Below, one piece after another: positions 50,776 to 64,000 of a stretch of DNA of 64,000 nt. The position numbers and the translations under genes are program-made. This DNA is from the human T2T-CHM13v2.0 reference genome, Homo sapiens: assembly GCF_009914755.1 (NCBI RefSeq), contig NC_060927.1; one strand, given 5' to 3'. A model generated the notes under the pieces. It saw only the letters and a program-made list of their open reading frames with translations, was not told where the DNA came from and made no database searches. How positions within the stretch are numbered: position 1 is the first letter of the stretch; the number at the start of each line of letters is the position of its first letter.

Positions 50776-52579
50776 TATCTTTTTTTTTTTTTTTTTTTTA
50801 ATCTTCTATTCTGCCAAGAGAGTTACAGGTATACGTTTGCTTGTTGAATAAATGAAACTATTCAGACTTGCTGATGCTGATGCTAGAACATCCTTAAGTG
50901 CAGATGATTTTGTTGGTTTGTCCAAAGGGCAAATTGTAACTTTTTAATATTAGCCATTTGCATCTCAGTATGGATTAATTCGATATTTTCCTTGGAGTGG
51001 GAAGATGTGCACAGCAAACAATTTATGGATTAGAAAGAAATCATGAAAATGCACGGAACATGTGGATGTTATTAATCCTCAAGAATTGAAGAAATCACAG
51101 AAAGTGATGGCTGGGGATTTTGGAAGATAAAGTTTGTCAAAGAACTCCTACTCTGATTAAAACAAGACTTTACCTACACAGGGACCTTACCTTATGTTTC
51201 AGAACTGAGCACTGCCGGCACTTGAAACCATCCAAAATAAAGTTTTTGTTTTTAAACATAGTCTTTAACAATGAGTTAACCTCTAAAAGGGGCCTCAAAT
51301 ACCAAATATTCAAGACTAAATAGTAGCGTAAGAAATGTTTTCTTAATCAAGTTGTAAAGGATTAGAGATTACTCTTAATCAGAAAGATGTGGTGTGGTTA
51401 TGAAAATACCAAGTAATTAACTATATTTTCCTAATTGTAATCACCTCTTAAATTAATAAAAAAGGATATCAGTTTTCTTTTCTATTTTTTAAAACACAAG
51501 ATTTAAGAGTAATGATAAAACACTGATTAATTGTTTTGTTTTAAAACAATTAGATTAAAATATTGTTTGAAGTTACTCCTTTTACCCAGTTGACATTTTA
51601 ATGTATAAATATAATTACAGACTCTTTAAGAATGCTTAATTTTTGCCTTGATATATACGTTAGCAATTGTGTGTTTGAAAGAGAATCATAAAATGTAAAA
51701 CTTTATGTTTAATCACCAGTGTCAAAAATTATTAGGTAATAACCACCAGAGGAGAGAATGTGGTAAAAGATACAAAGGCCCATATTTAAGACATAATTTT
51801 TCTAATAGTTTCTCTGATTTTAAGATGTCATGGCGTCATATGAAGGTTAACAGGTCAGATACCAAATGGACTTTTTAAAAAATGTTAAGTGATCAATTTG
51901 CACTCATAAAAGGGTTAAGATTACTGGAAACTAAAGTCCTCTTTGACCATCATCTAGGCACATCACTGGCTACAGAGACAATAAAATTGGCTTCTCCTGA
52001 GTCTTCAATTTGCTGAGCAAAAGTAGATCAGAGTAGTTGCTTAAAAGAAGATGGCCCCCCAGATTGGGACCAGAATATACTCTGGTGTCAAAACCAGAAT
52101 TTTGACGCTAGAAAATATTGTTTGAACATCTGCTTCATTAATCCTTGTCTGGCTCTTGTTTCTCTGTCACCCCAGTCACAGTCCTCCTTTTGCCACTGTA
52201 AGAGAAGCGCAATGCCAGGGTATCACTGCTGTGAGGTTTCATCAAGGAAAGAGAACAGTCTTTTGACAAAGCTGATTTGTTTTGTAAATTGCATTTTTTA
52301 CTGTTGAAAGCTTTGGCTAAGAGTGAGTTCTAAATCTATTATGATTGCAAATATAATATATTTTATTCAGCCTGTGTCTACATGCTGACAAACAAAACTT
52401 TGGGGTAGGAATAAATAAGAAAAAGACATGTTTTGAGTTTCCTAACAGTAGAACTAGATTTTCCCAACAAAATGTGACACCTAATTTTTTTAAATGCAAG
52501 ATGAGTGTTTTAAAATTTTTCAGAAGTGCCTTTTTTTGTTAAAAAAAAAAAAAACACTTTACAGGGAATATTTTTATAA

Positions 52580-53710
52580 AGTTAAAGTTAGTTTTTATCA
52601 AACTGTGAAAAGCTTCTGCACCACATAGAAACCAAACAACAAAGTGAAGAGATAACCTGTGAAATGGAAGAACTTATTTACAAATCATACATCTGATAAA
52701 GGGTTAATATCAGAAATACATAAGGAACTCAAACATCACAACAGCAAAAATGCAAATAACCCAAGTTAAAAATGGGCAAAGGATCTGAATAGACAATTTC
52801 CCAAGGAATATATACATATGGCCAACAGGTGTATAAAAAACTGCCCAACATCAATAATCATCAGAGAAAAACAAGTGAAAAACATAATGAGCTATCACCT
52901 GACCCCTGTTAGGATGGCTATTATAAAAAAGTCAGAAGATAGGTGTAGGAGAGGATGTGGAGAAAAGGCCATTATAGAGAACAGTATAGAGGTTCCTCCA
53001 AAAGATAAAAATAAAGCTACCATATAATCTAGCAATCCCACTACTGCCTATATATCCAAAGGATATGAAATCATGTTGAGGAGACATGTACACTCCTATG
53101 TTCATTGCAGCACTATTCACAATAACCAATATATGGCAACAGAAGTGTCCATCAGTGGATCAACGGATAAAGAAAATGTGGTATATATACATAATGGAAT
53201 AATATTCAGCCTTCTTAAAGAGGCTGTCATTTGTAGGACCTAATTGACAGCATGGATGAACTGGAAAGACATTATGTTATGTGAAATCACCCAGCCACAA
53301 GAAAGACAAATACAGGATGATCTGACTCATATATATGTGAAGTGTTAAAAAGCCAGACTCAAAGACACAGAGTAAAATGGTGGTCACCAGAGGCATGGGG
53401 GTTGGGGAATTTGGGGAGATATTGGTCAAAGGACACAAAATTTCACTTAGGAGGAATAAATTCAAGCAATCTATGGCATATCATGGTGACTATAGTTAAT
53501 AATAACATATCATATACATGAAAATTACTAAGAGAGTCTATTTTTATTTTAATTGTTCTCACCACAAAAAAAAGTATGCGAGATAATTCACACATTAAAT
53601 AGGTTAATTTAGCCATTCCACAATGTGTATATATATCAAAACATTATGTTGTATGTCATGAATATCTATAGTTTTTACTTGTGAAATAAAAAATAAAAGA
53701 AATAAAAAAT
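52580..53710 (+). mobile_element. L1MA (L1MA5/6-like) ORF2 end and 3' UTR
   Basis: aaatgggcaaaggatctgaatagaca; gttcattgcagcactattcacaata; A-rich tail ~53685-53709. Confidence 0.9.
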
Positions 53711-55339
53711 TTTTTGAATATGCAAGCACTTTTTAATTTTTTAAAGTGGTATAGATTTTATCAAAAATCAGGATAAGCCATGTTGAGGAATCACAGTAAA
53801 TGGAGAATACTTTTGCACTGTGCAGCTATCTTCCATCATTAAACCAAGTATCTCGCATTCATTTTTGGTCACGTTATGATAAAGGCTAAGTCTGGATACT
53901 GTCAAAATATCCATATGCAAATGAAACAAGCCATGCAACCAGGCTGCTTTGCTTAGCAGCTACCAAACTCCTTGGGTTTGGAGGCATCCAGATGATTGTC
54001 TGAAATGTTCATGTTGCATCTGGATGTTTTAGCATTGTGTAGCCCAACAAAAGACAAAGTGTTAAGTTTTACAGCTGTTAGGGTAACACCCTTTTTTTCC
54101 TTCTTATGCTTCACAGAAATAATCTGCTTTTACAGGATAATTTTTATATGAAATTACACAATAGAGTCTGAAAGCCCAGAAAATAGGAATCCTGTTTGGA
54201 GCAAGAGGGAGAGCACTTTGGGAGTAACAATTTCAGTAAGGGCTGAGGGTGGAGGAGGTAGTGGAAATCATAGTTCAATCGGTAGACTCAGTTATAAGAT
54301 AATCTAATAGATATGAGAGATTTGATGGAAAAGTTGAAAAAAAAGAAGGATGAATTAGTAGAAAACTATGTAAGTGAAAATAATGGGGATTTATTTATGC
54401 TGGAGGTAGAACAGAAGAAAAGTAATTATGGTATATTAGTGCTGAAGCAACAATAAATGCTACAGATTTAGCTAAGTAAACTAAACTAAACTAAAAATAT
54501 GTATAGATATATGTATGACTTTATATATAAATGTGTGTATATATAATATATATAAGTTCCACTGAGATTTATCTAGACTGTTGAATCTTTGAAAATGTTA
54601 ATGACTTTATATTAAAGCTAATGTTTATTTTAAAAGTCTCAAACAAGAGCATCTCTTCTCTCTGAAAATACGGGCATTTCTGTGGCAGCTTTAGAAAGTC
54701 GTTGTTTAGCGGAAAAGTGTGGCACAATTCCTTCAGAGCTTTGCCTTATGATTTTCTACCTGTACCTGAGTCATGTTGATTAACTTTTGTCTTTCTTGCT
54801 TTCCCCAACTACAAAACAAAAACAAATCCTTTCCCTTCCTCTGCCCCAAGTTCTCTTATTCTTTCCCATCTGACAGGCAGTTTGAAATATATTAAAAGCT
54901 AAGAAATGTTCTGAGTTGCAGGAAATTGAAACCATCAGACTTTTACTATAAAATATGACACGAAGACAATTATCTTGTTTAGGATAAAATTATCTGATTT
55001 AAGTCAGATAAGTTCTACTATTATACCTTATTCACAGCATAATAGAGTATATCTCTATTTTTTAAAATTCAACATCAAACTTCTCTTTTCTAATTCATGT
55101 GACTTCATGAAGGATTCCTATGACTTGGAGTGTATCCATTTAAAGGACATTTTAAAGAAAACACTAAAAAAAGACATAGAAACATTAGGCATGTTTAACT
55201 TCTCAACTGAGAAAAAATGTTAAATACATGAAAACAAAATTCCACTGATATAAATATTTTTTATGTAAAAGATGGTTTGTTCTTAGGAAAACATATTAGT
55301 TACTTTCTCTTCTTGGATATATTTTCTTTCTCCCACCTC

Positions 55340-55475
55340 TAACTTTATTGAGGTATGATCAGCAAATGAAACTTGTATATATTTAAAATGTACAACATGC
55401 TGTTTTGATATACATATACAATGTGAAATGACTACCACAATCAAGCTAGCATATCCATCAACTCACCTACTTACC

Positions 55476-55512
<37 letters not shown>

Positions 55513-56395
55513 GAATGCTTGAGATTTACTCCTTCCACAAATTTCAAGTGTCCAATACATTATTAACTGGAGTCGCCATACTGTGCAATAGGTCTGCAGA
55601 ACTTACTCATCTTATAACTGAAAGTTTGTACCCTTTGACCAACATCTCATTTCTTCCAACTTCAGCCCATGGTAACCACCATTCTACTCTCTATTTCTAT
55701 AAGCTCAGCTTACATTTTTAGATTTGACATGTAAGTGAGATTATGCAGTATGTGTCTTTCTGTATTTGGTTTATTTCACTTAGTATATTGTCTTCTAGGT
55801 TCATCCATGTTTTTGCAAATGGCAGAACTTTCTTCCTTTTTAAGGCAAACAGGATTCTATTGTGTACATATACCACATTTTATTGATCCATTCATCCTTT
55901 CACAAGTTGATTCTCTACCTTGGGTATTTTGAATAGTGGTGTGATAAACATGGGGGTGAAGAGATCTCCTCAACATACAGATTTCACATCTTTTAGATAT
56001 ATACTGAGTAGTGGAATTGCTGGATCATATGGTAGTTTTATTTTTAACTTTTTGAGGAACCACCATACGGTTTTCCATAATGGCTGTACCAATTTACATT
56101 CCCACAAACCATGTACGACAGTCCCTTTTCTCCACATCCTCTCCAATGCTTGTTATCTTTTGACTTTTTGTTAATAGCCATCCTAACAAGAGTGAGGTAA
56201 TATCTCATTATGGTTTTGATTTATATTTCCCTGATGATTAGGGATGTTGGACATCTTTTTATACAACACTTGGCCATATGTTTGTCTTCTTAGGAAAAAT
56301 ATCTACTCAGGTCCTTTGCCCATTTTTAACTTGGATTATTTGTATTTTTGCTGTTGAGTTGTTGAGTTCCTTATATATTTTCAAGATTAACCCTT
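55340..56395 (-). mobile_element. L1MA9-like 3' end with (TG)n at ~55479-55510; continues at ~59616-59765 after the ERV-L insertion
   Basis: ctttattgaggtatgat; ataactgaaagtttgtaccctttgaccaacatc; resumes with tttgcaaatattttctcccattc. Confidence 0.9.
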
Positions 56396-56920
56396 TGTAT
56401 TAGTCAGGATTGCAGCGAAGCACAACCTATAGGATATATGTAAGTATATAAGAGAAGATTTATTATGAGAATTCACTCATGTGATTATGGAGGCTGAGAG
56501 GTCCCAAAATACACCATCTGCAAACTTGAGAACCAGGAGAGCAAATGGTATAATTCAGTTCCACTCCAAAGGCCTGAGAAATAGGGATGGGGGTAGTGAG
56601 GAAAAAGTGGTGCTAGTGCAAACACTGGAGTCAAAGACCTGAGAACCAGGAGCTCTGATATCTGAAGGCAGGAGATGCATATCCCAGTTGAAGAAGAGAT
56701 TTCATCCTTCCTCTGCCTTTTTATTCTATTCTGACCCTCAATGGATTGGATGCTGCCCCTCCGCCCAACATTGACGAGGACGGATCTTTACTCAGTTTAT
56801 TGATTCAACTGCTAATCTCTACCCAAAGCATGCTCACAGACAGATCAGGACATAATGTTTTACCAGCTATCTGGGCATCCCATAGCCCAGTCAAGTTGAC
56901 ACATAAAATTAATGATCACA
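56396..56920 (-). mobile_element. MLT2 (MLT2B-like) LTR of ERV-L
   Basis: tgtattagtcagg ... gcccagtcaagttgacacataaaattaatgatcaca. Confidence 0.9.
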
Positions 56921-59614
56921 AGCCTACCCCTTGTCAACTTGGCACCCATACACATCTCCTCAAACCACACTTGATGTCTAAATAAAGGCAATAACAAGTT
57001 CACAATACCATGTATCATGATACAACTATCCTAGATATAATTGGAAACACATTAATCCCTTCTCCAAAAGATGAGGTAAAGTCTGTGAATGATGTTTACT
57101 CTTCTCTTGATATCCCATAACTTATATACAATGATGTAAAATTAACAATATTTAAATACTGATATAAACTCAATACATCTTATGTTACATGATACCAGAA
57201 TAAGAGAGGAATGAAAACAAGGATATCTGCTTAATATATGTATATAGCCACACAAACGTTTATAATAAACTAAGAAGGAAATATGCATTACAATTACAGT
57301 CATCATTTCTGCAGATATTCAGGTGGTCATAGATGGTATTTATAACTACATTCCTCTACTGTCCATTCTATATTCCCTTTGCCTTCAGAAAGAATGTCAG
57401 CTGGTCACAACAGTCACCTGGCTGGGTGACCCAAATTTTTATTCTTGAAAGGTCTGGACCATTTGTGGTACTGCCTGGATTGGGTTGTTGTAGTGTTCTA
57501 TTAATCAGGGCATGGTAATATTAAAAGACTCACTAAGGGGATCTCCTGTATTCCAGACATATTCTTCTTACCTCCATTATGGAGTAGTCATCCAGTTTCC
57601 CCTTGGTAGTTTGGATCAATCACTCCAGCCAACACCATAGCTGTTGGCCAGTTGACTCAGAGGCATGAAAATACCAGTGTGGCTGATGACAGTCTTAACT
57701 TCTAGTGCAGTGGAATCATTTGTTTGTAGTGTTTTGTTTTTGTTCTTGTTTTTGTTTTAGAGATGGGATCTCACTCTCTCACCCAAGCTGGAATGCAGTG
57801 GCACAATCACTATAGCCTCAAACTCCTGAGCTCAAGGAATCTATCTCAGAATCCTGAGTAGCTGGGACTGGGACTACAGGCACACGCACCACCGTGCCTG
57901 GCTTTTTTTTTTTTTTTTTTTTTCTTATAGAGACAGGGTTTTGCCATTGTGCCCAGGCTGGTTTTGAACCTTGAACTGCTGGGCTCAAGCAATCCTCCTG
58001 CCTCGGCCTCCAAGAGACTGGAATTACAGGTGTGAGCCACCACACCTGGCCTGGAATCATTATTGTGTCTCCTGCTAGTAGCAAGCCTCCCTCTTGAACT
58101 AAGACCTCTAGGTCATCAGTGCACAAAGCCATGGGAAAAGGAAGCAAAAACAGAGCACAAAGTCGTGGGAACAGGAAGGAAAAATGTTGCCATTAAGTCA
58201 GTAAAGTAATTGTGAACAGTACCACTCCCATTTCCACCCCTTGATTCCTGGAAATACAGTACCATGTATTGGACACTGATTCAGAGAATATACAGCCTCC
58301 TAGAGAACCTTGTCCCAGCCCTGCAAGGTATTTACACCTAGCTGGCACTGTAACTGCATCTTCAAAAGGCCATTTCAGGCAACCTGCCCCGGGATGGTGG
58401 GGAACATGATAAGACCAGTAAATTTAATGAGGATGTGTCCATTGCCTCACTTCTTTGGTTGTGAAGTGAGTTCCTTGGTCAGAAGCAATGCTGTGTGAAA
58501 TACCATGATGGTGATTAAGGCATTCTGTAAATCCACAGATTGTAGTTGTAGCATAAGCATTCCATGTAGGGAAAGCAAACCCATATCCAGAGTAAGTTTC
58601 TATTTCAGGAAGAACAAAATGCTACCCCTTCCATGATGGAAGTGGTCCAATGTAATCAGCTTTCTACCAGCTAACTGGCTGATGGTACTGTGAAATGGTG
58701 CCATATAGGGGGCTCAGTGTTGGTCTCTGCTGTGGGCTGATGGACACTGAGTGGTGACTGTAGCCATGTTGACTTCAGTGAGTGAAATGGAAGTCCATGT
58801 TGCTGAGTTCATGCACAACCCCCATCCCTGCTACTATGGCTACTTTTTTCATGAGCCCATTGAGTGATAACAGGAGTGGCTAGGGAAGGAGGCTGACTGT
58901 TATCCACAAAAAGGGCCATTGTATCCACTTGATTATTAAAATCCTCCTCTACTGATGTCACCCTATAGTGAGCATTTACATGAGACACAAATATCTTCAT
59001 GTTTTTTGCCCATTCAGAGAGAGCTATCCACACACCTCATTTCCAGATTTCTTTGTCAACAATTTTTCAATCATATTCCTTCCAAGTCCCTGACATCCAG
59101 CCAAACCATTGGCTACAGTCCATGAATTATTAAATAATTGTACATATGGCTGTTTCTCCTTCCAAGCAAAGTGCACAACCAGATGCACTCCCTAACATTC
59201 CATCCACTGGAAAGATTTTTCTTTACCACTGTCCTTTAGGGATGTCCCAGGGAGGAGCTGAAGTGCTGCAGCTGTCCACTTTCAAGTTGTGCCTGCATGT
59301 CCAGTAGAACCACCTATAAATCATGCCCATGTCTTTTCTTCCTCTATTAATTGATCATAGAGAACTCCCCATGAGGACATAGGTACAGACTAGGAGAGAA
59401 AAGGCAGTGTAGCAGGAGTGTCGACCATGGACTTTTGGGCCACTTCTTCTTGTAACTTACTTGTGCTTTCAGGACCTGCTAAGGGTGAATCACATGTATA
59501 CTACTTTCATTTGATGGAGTGTTGCTGTGTAAGCCCAACTATATGGCTTCTTGGGTTAAATAAAACCCAGTTCCTAACGGGCAGCTCAGGTCACATGGTA
59601 TCACATTTATCACA
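56921..59614 (-). pseudogene. ERV-L (HERV-L) internal remnant: decayed pol (RNase H/integrase) and dUTPase-like region
   Basis: ORF 58809-59033 IFVSHVNAH...FNNQVD...QWAHEKSSH matches the ERV-L RNase H C-terminus and integrase zinc-finger start; LEVLVQEGGLLLAGDTIMIP is dUTPase-like; many stops and frameshifts. Confidence 0.85.
57721..58051 (-). mobile_element. AluJ inserted in ERV-L
   Basis: Perfect 10-bp TSD tggaatcatt (57711-57720 / 58052-58061). Confidence 0.93.
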
Positions 59615-60039
59615 TCCCTGATCGGAGAGAGAATTTGCAAATATTTTCTCCCATTCAGTAAGTTGCCTTATTTTAATTGTTTCCTTTGCTGTGCAGAAAG
59701 ACTCTTTCATTTGATGTAGTCCGTTTATTTTGCTTTTGTTGCCTGTGATTTTGGTGTCAAATTGGATATTTTTTTAGAATAAGAATGAGAATCCCATTTA
59801 TTTAATGGATTAAGTCATGTAATCAATTATAGGCTCAGCATTGTATTCACACCTGTGGATGAAGAATAAAAGAATTATAAAAACATCCTTTTTACCATTG
59901 ATTGATTTATAAGTTGATGAGGGCAGGATTACTATACTTTAATGTATAAGACTTGGTTTGAATTAACAAGTTATTTAGCCTTTCTGAGTCTTAGATTCCT
60001 CACATTTAAAATATGAATAATTATAGCTGCCCATATCGC

Positions 60040-60442
60040 TGTGTTAGTTAGAATTCTCAGGCACTAGTGACCAAAATGGAATTTATTTTTCTTACCTTAC
60101 TGGAAGTCACTTTGTTCTAGTGTTCTTCAGTGGTTCCTGGGATAGTTCAAGGTTCTGGTCCTCTCTAATTTGACTGGCATTTGCATCATAGTTCTTTTCT
60201 AGAAGCAGGTCAACAGATTTCTCATTTGATTTCATTAGTCAAAGCTGATACTTAAGGCTATCCCTAGACCAATAACAGCAAAATGAAATTGCTATAATGC
60301 AACTAAGCCATTCATTATTCCTCCAGTGAAGCTGGAGTAGAGACCATCCTTCCCTGAGTTCAAGGTGTCATCACCCACTAACTGAGCAAAATTAGAGTTA
60401 TATTAACAAGCAAGAAGCCAGGACAACCAACCATGTCCACCA
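60040..60442 (-). mobile_element. MLT1-type LTR following a MIR fragment (~59930-60035)
   Basis: tgtgttagttagaattctc...tcatttgatttcattagtc...acaaccaaccatgtccac. Confidence 0.5.
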
Positions 60443-61282
60443 TGATCATAAAATTGTGTAAAGAGCTACATTATTAAATAAGTTCATGCAAATTTATTTT
60501 CCTAACTCTAATGTTGTGGAAATATTGTTGTTATTGTTGATAATGATGATGTTGTTATGATTGTCACTTAACATGGAAATCTGCATTTACAACCAAAATT
60601 ATATGTTCACTAGTCCATTACCACCCCACCCTCCTTGCATCTACACACAACTACTCAAGGGCACCTTATCCACATAAGAAGTGTTCCTTCTGCATTCTGA
60701 AAGCAGCCCAGAAAATGTTATTATTGCCATAATTTCTATTAATCTATAGCAGGTCTGCTTTCATAGATCGATTATTATTATGCTAATTTGATTAGATAAT
60801 CTTCCAGGGATCTGACACACAGGGCTTGGAACAGAGGAACGAAATATGTAAAACACCATCAAAACCAAATGAAAACAAATTTTATCCAGACATGGTTTCT
60901 TCGTCTACGTAATACCAAAATAGTTTCCAATTGTGCTTCCCACTTAGTTCATGGACTTTGTGATTTTATGCCAACTTCTAAGATATTGTGTGGCCCAGCC
61001 ACCATCTGTAAGTACACAGAAAAAGAAAAAAATAAAAGCCTGGCAGAAGTAAAACTGACATAATAATCAAGCAAAGGGTTAAAACACTTTGAAACAAATG
61101 AGGAGAAGTGTTGAAGAATTTGTTAAAAATTATTTCAGGTATATGAAAGATATAGGAATGAAAACAAAAAAAATTGACATTTTAATTTACTCCAGTCAAA
61201 GACTTTTTACTTAAATAAGATTATTTTGGTGAGAGGTTTTGCAAGGTACTTACACCAGACAGAATGATCAGTCTGCTCAGAA

Positions 61283-61570
61283 CGTATTAGCTAGATAACC
61301 CTACTTGTTACAGCAAACAAACTAAAAAATGGCTGGCTTGAAAATGATAGAACGCTCTCATGCTCACATAAAGTCCAAAGTATCTCTGATTGGTGAGTGA
61401 TATTTTTCCAGTCAATGACTCAAGGACCCGGGGCTCCCTCCACCTTGTGGCTGTGTCATCTTTAAGATGTGGCTTCCAAGTGACGATCTGAGGTTCATCA
61501 TGTCACAGAAGGGTAATAATCAGGGAGGGATGGGCATGAGAGGATTTTTATAGGTCAGTCCTGAAAGAAA
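61283..61570 (-). mobile_element. MLT1 (I/J-like) LTR fragment
   Basis: gtattagctag...gactcaaggacccggggctccctccaccttgtggctgtgtcatc. Confidence 0.6.
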
Positions 61571-61945
61571 CAGAATAAATTAGTTGGATGTCCACCTGGC
61601 CACTTAGCCTTCTTTACCACATATATAATTAAAACGTTTACATTAACCTTGTTTATCTAAAAAATTTCAAGCTAAAATTTAATATTTACATAAAATTAAT
61701 TTATATTTATATAATATAGATCTTTATAGCTATAGGAATACTTAGTATAATAAAACTTTTAATAGGAATAGCAATAATAATAATGGTAACTCTTGAGGAG
61801 TTATTGCTATATTCCACCTATTATGCTAAGTGCGGTATACAGATTTATCACCTAAACTTCACAGAATCTTTCATGAAATAGGTGCTATCGTTATTGTCAC
61901 CATAACTTAGAAGGGGAAACTGAAGCATAAGAAAATTCACCTAAC

Positions 61946-62380
<435 letters not shown>

Positions 62381-62960
62381 TCAACCAAAAGATGGTCAAC
62401 ATAAAGCTTTGTAATTATCAGCTACAAATTCCAGTTATAGCAATCGTTTTCTTGTGTTCAAAAATCTTCTAGACAAATTCTTACAGAAGCATGGTGTATT
62501 AAAAGTACCATTTTTATATTCCAGGTAGCTTACCTGCTTGAGATAATGTGATGAGGGCAAAAATTATTAATGAATCAAATTTCCTTTCCTTCCCGTTTAT
62601 CCAATACCACCATCCTCTTCCTCGCCACCTGGACATTGCCAACACAGCAGTTTTCACTACTATGTTCATCCTTCTTCTGTATCTAGGGGTAGTCAGTAGA
62701 AAGAAAACTCAAGAAGAAGGTATAGGGAATTAGCTTTTGGTAGAGAGAAAAAAAAAGCAGAACAAAAGTTGTGTGGGAGATTAGGAAGACAACACCTCAG
62801 TAGATGTGGTGAGTAGAAAAAAATTGATGGAAAGAGTTGCGAATAGACCAGAAGAGAGTTAATAGCCACACTGAGACAAAAAGAGAGATAAAACCAAGGA
62901 AACAGAGGCAAAAATATTTAAGAAGTCTTTGCTGTAGATAAATGATTAAAACTCTTTTAA

Positions 62961-63287
<327 letters not shown>

Positions 63288-63399
63288 CAAGCAATTTTTT
63301 TAAAAGATTGTAATTACTTTTAACTTGCATTGAAACTTATGGTATCCACTTCTTTTTAAGTGGCCCCAAATTGGGCCATTAGAAGCCCTGTGGTTTATT

Positions 63400-63943
63400 A
63401 TTTTTTTAATTTTTTCTTTCTTTCTTTCTTTCTTTCTTTTTTAATTAAACTTTAAGTTGTGAGATACATGTGTGGAACGTGCAGGTTTGTTACATAGGTA
63501 TACATGTGCCATGGTGGTTTGCTGCACCCATCAGCCCATCATCTACATTAGGTATTTCTCCTAATGCTATCCCTCCTCTAGCCCCCCACCGCTTGACCTG
63601 TGATATTTCCCTCCCTGTGTCCCTGTGTTCTCATTGTTCAACTCCCACTTATGAATGAGAATATGCAGTGTTTGGTTTTCTGTTTCTGTGTTAGTTTGCT
63701 GAGAATGATGATTTCCAGCTTCATCCATGTCCCTGCAAGGGACATGAACTCATCCTTTTTTATGGCTGCATAGTATTCCATGGTGTATATGTGCCATGTT
63801 CTCTTTATCCAGTCTATAATTGATGGGCATTTGGGTTGGTTCCGAGTCTTTGCTATTGTGAGCAGTGCTGCGATAAACATACACATGCATGTGTCTTTAT
63901 AGTAGAATAATTTATAATCCCTTTGGGTATATACCCAGTAATG
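63400..63943 (-). mobile_element. 5'-truncated primate L1PA (L1PA6/7-like) 3' end
   Basis: gtgcaggtttgttacataggtatacatgtgccatggtggtttgctgcaccc; TSD agaagccctgtggttta (63381-63397) / agaagccctgtgtttta (63944-63960); ORF 63638-63886 is the L1 ORF2 C-terminus. Confidence 0.95.
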
Positions 63944-64000
63944 AGAAGCCCTGTGTTTTATTTTGGTTACATTGAGATCACGGCAACTCAGAATCTAAGA

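Overview
AT-rich, CpG-depleted primate genomic DNA, most likely human (Alu, LTR12/ERV9 and LTR17/HERV-W indicate a catarrhine). It looks intergenic or deep-intronic. I found no credible protein-coding exon, tRNA, rRNA or CRISPR array. Nearly all ORF-track entries come from Alus, LTRs, L1 remnants or microsatellites; the only recognisable protein remnant is a decayed ERV-L pol. Repeats include 9 Alus, several old L1s, a 5'-truncated L1PA, MIR/L2 and hAT/Tigger-type MITEs. A 6-kb LTR cluster contains a solo LTR12, a complete MST MaLR and a solo LTR17, and there is a deleted MLT2/ERV-L nested in an L1. The most unusual structure not explained by a repeat I recognise is a ~160-bp, ~92%-identical inverted duplication (27703-27862 / 28330-28485). 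Several smaller template-switch-type inversions and palindromes are also present, plus a possible gene-conversion tract between two inverted L1s. I do not see convincing evidence for a new biological system. Repeat subfamily names are from recall of consensus sequences, and boundaries of old elements are approximate.
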